DNA of 63,969 nt, counting the filler, from Octopus bimaculoides (Eukaryota), in assembly GCF_001194135.2 (NCBI RefSeq). It is 5 parts of 4 records of this genome, joined end to end, with 100 filler letters (N's around TTAATTAATTAA, not from the genome) between each part and the next. Parts side by side here need not be neighbours in the genome. Positions count along the whole stretch, not along the records: positions 62,951 to 63,969 come from NW_026304009.1; 4 more parts are not named here. One strand, written 5' to 3'. The notes under the pieces are model-generated. The model saw only the letters and a list, made by a program, of their open reading frames with translations, was not told where the DNA came from and did not search any database. Of the stretch, positions 63,250 through 63,969 are shown piece after piece (positions within the stretch are counted from its first letter, which is position 1; each line of letters begins with the position of its first letter). A program made the position numbers and the translations under genes.

Positions 63250-63969
63250 AATCCAAATGTTATTACGATTTATTAACTCATAGGCTGGACTTTATCTTGT
63301 CTTTGCTAAAGCCTTCAATTCTGTGCCACACAAACAACTCATGGCAAAACTCTTTGCAATGGGTATGTAAGATGATTTTTATAACTGGTTGAAGTCCTTC
63401 ATTATCAGCTGAAAAGAAGCAGTCACAGTTCTCAAGCATCATTCTTTACCCTATGAGATGACATCTGGAGTACCACAAGGATCTATTCTTGGACACATGT
63501 ATTTTTAGTTGCATATATTAATGTCTTAGATGCCAACTTGAAGAATATTATAGTGTTGAAATAAGCAGATGACAAACTGTACCTTGAGATAAAAAAAGAA
63601 CAGATCCTGTATGCTAGAGATCTTTCCAGCAATCAGATCTGGACACAATGTAGCAATGGATTACTGATTGGCAACTCAAGCTGGCTGTAGACAAGTGAAC
63701 CTCCATGTATTTTGTGAGGGAAAAACCCAAGCTTTACATTCTCCCTCAACAACACCAATCCTAAGAAGTCTGCTAGTGAATGTGACTTGGACATCATTGT
63801 CAACAATGATTTGTATTGGACAAACTATATCTCTAAAATTGTCAAGAAAGCGACGTGTCTTAGCATCACTCAGTAAGACCTTTGTCAGACACTCTTCAGC
63901 TATCTATTTAAAGCTGTATATGGCTCTGAAATGTTCACATGTAGAGTTTGCATCACCAGCCTGGAACCT
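63250..63969 (+). mobile_element. CR1/Jockey-group LINE reverse transcriptase fragment, decayed, runs off the window
   Basis: FAKAFNSVPHKQLMAKL, WLKSF, TSGVPQGSILG, *ADD, DLDTM*QWITDWQLKLAVDK, DLDIIV and IYLKLY..HVEFASPAWN. Confidence 0.88.

Overview
Eukaryotic, AT-rich, gap-ridden scaffold sequence. It is not prokaryotic: there are no operons, rRNA, true tRNA genes or CRISPR arrays. The repeat families and microsatellite load match what I recall for Octopus (coleoid cephalopod) genomes; this taxon call is inference from recognition, not a search. No complete host protein-coding gene can be supported. The window is intronic/intergenic DNA built from microsatellites, several tRNA-headed SINE families, an RTE-type (GAT)n-tailed repeat, and decayed transposons: mariner/Tc1 (incl. 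DD41D), hAT and piggyBac-like MITEs, a Helitron, Penelope-like elements, and Tx1/L1-, R4/Dong-, RTE- and CR1-type LINEs. Four identical N44-TTAATTAATTAA-N44 blocks are artificial scaffold joins, so adjacency across them is uncertain. The most interesting signal is at 24.4-25.1 kb. A tRNA-headed (Pol III A/B box) SINE carries a minimal type I hammerhead-ribozyme fold in its tail, and it is fused head-to-head with an inverted twin from which most of the hammerhead segment is deleted. Other notable observations: strong CpG depletion from about 43 kb onward (likely methylated gene body), a copy-number-variable 66-bp array inside the RTE-type repeat, close inverted SINE pairs (dsRNA/ADAR candidates), three mariner 5' ends with no 3' end, and weak candidate exons at 7.9 and 29-33 kb.
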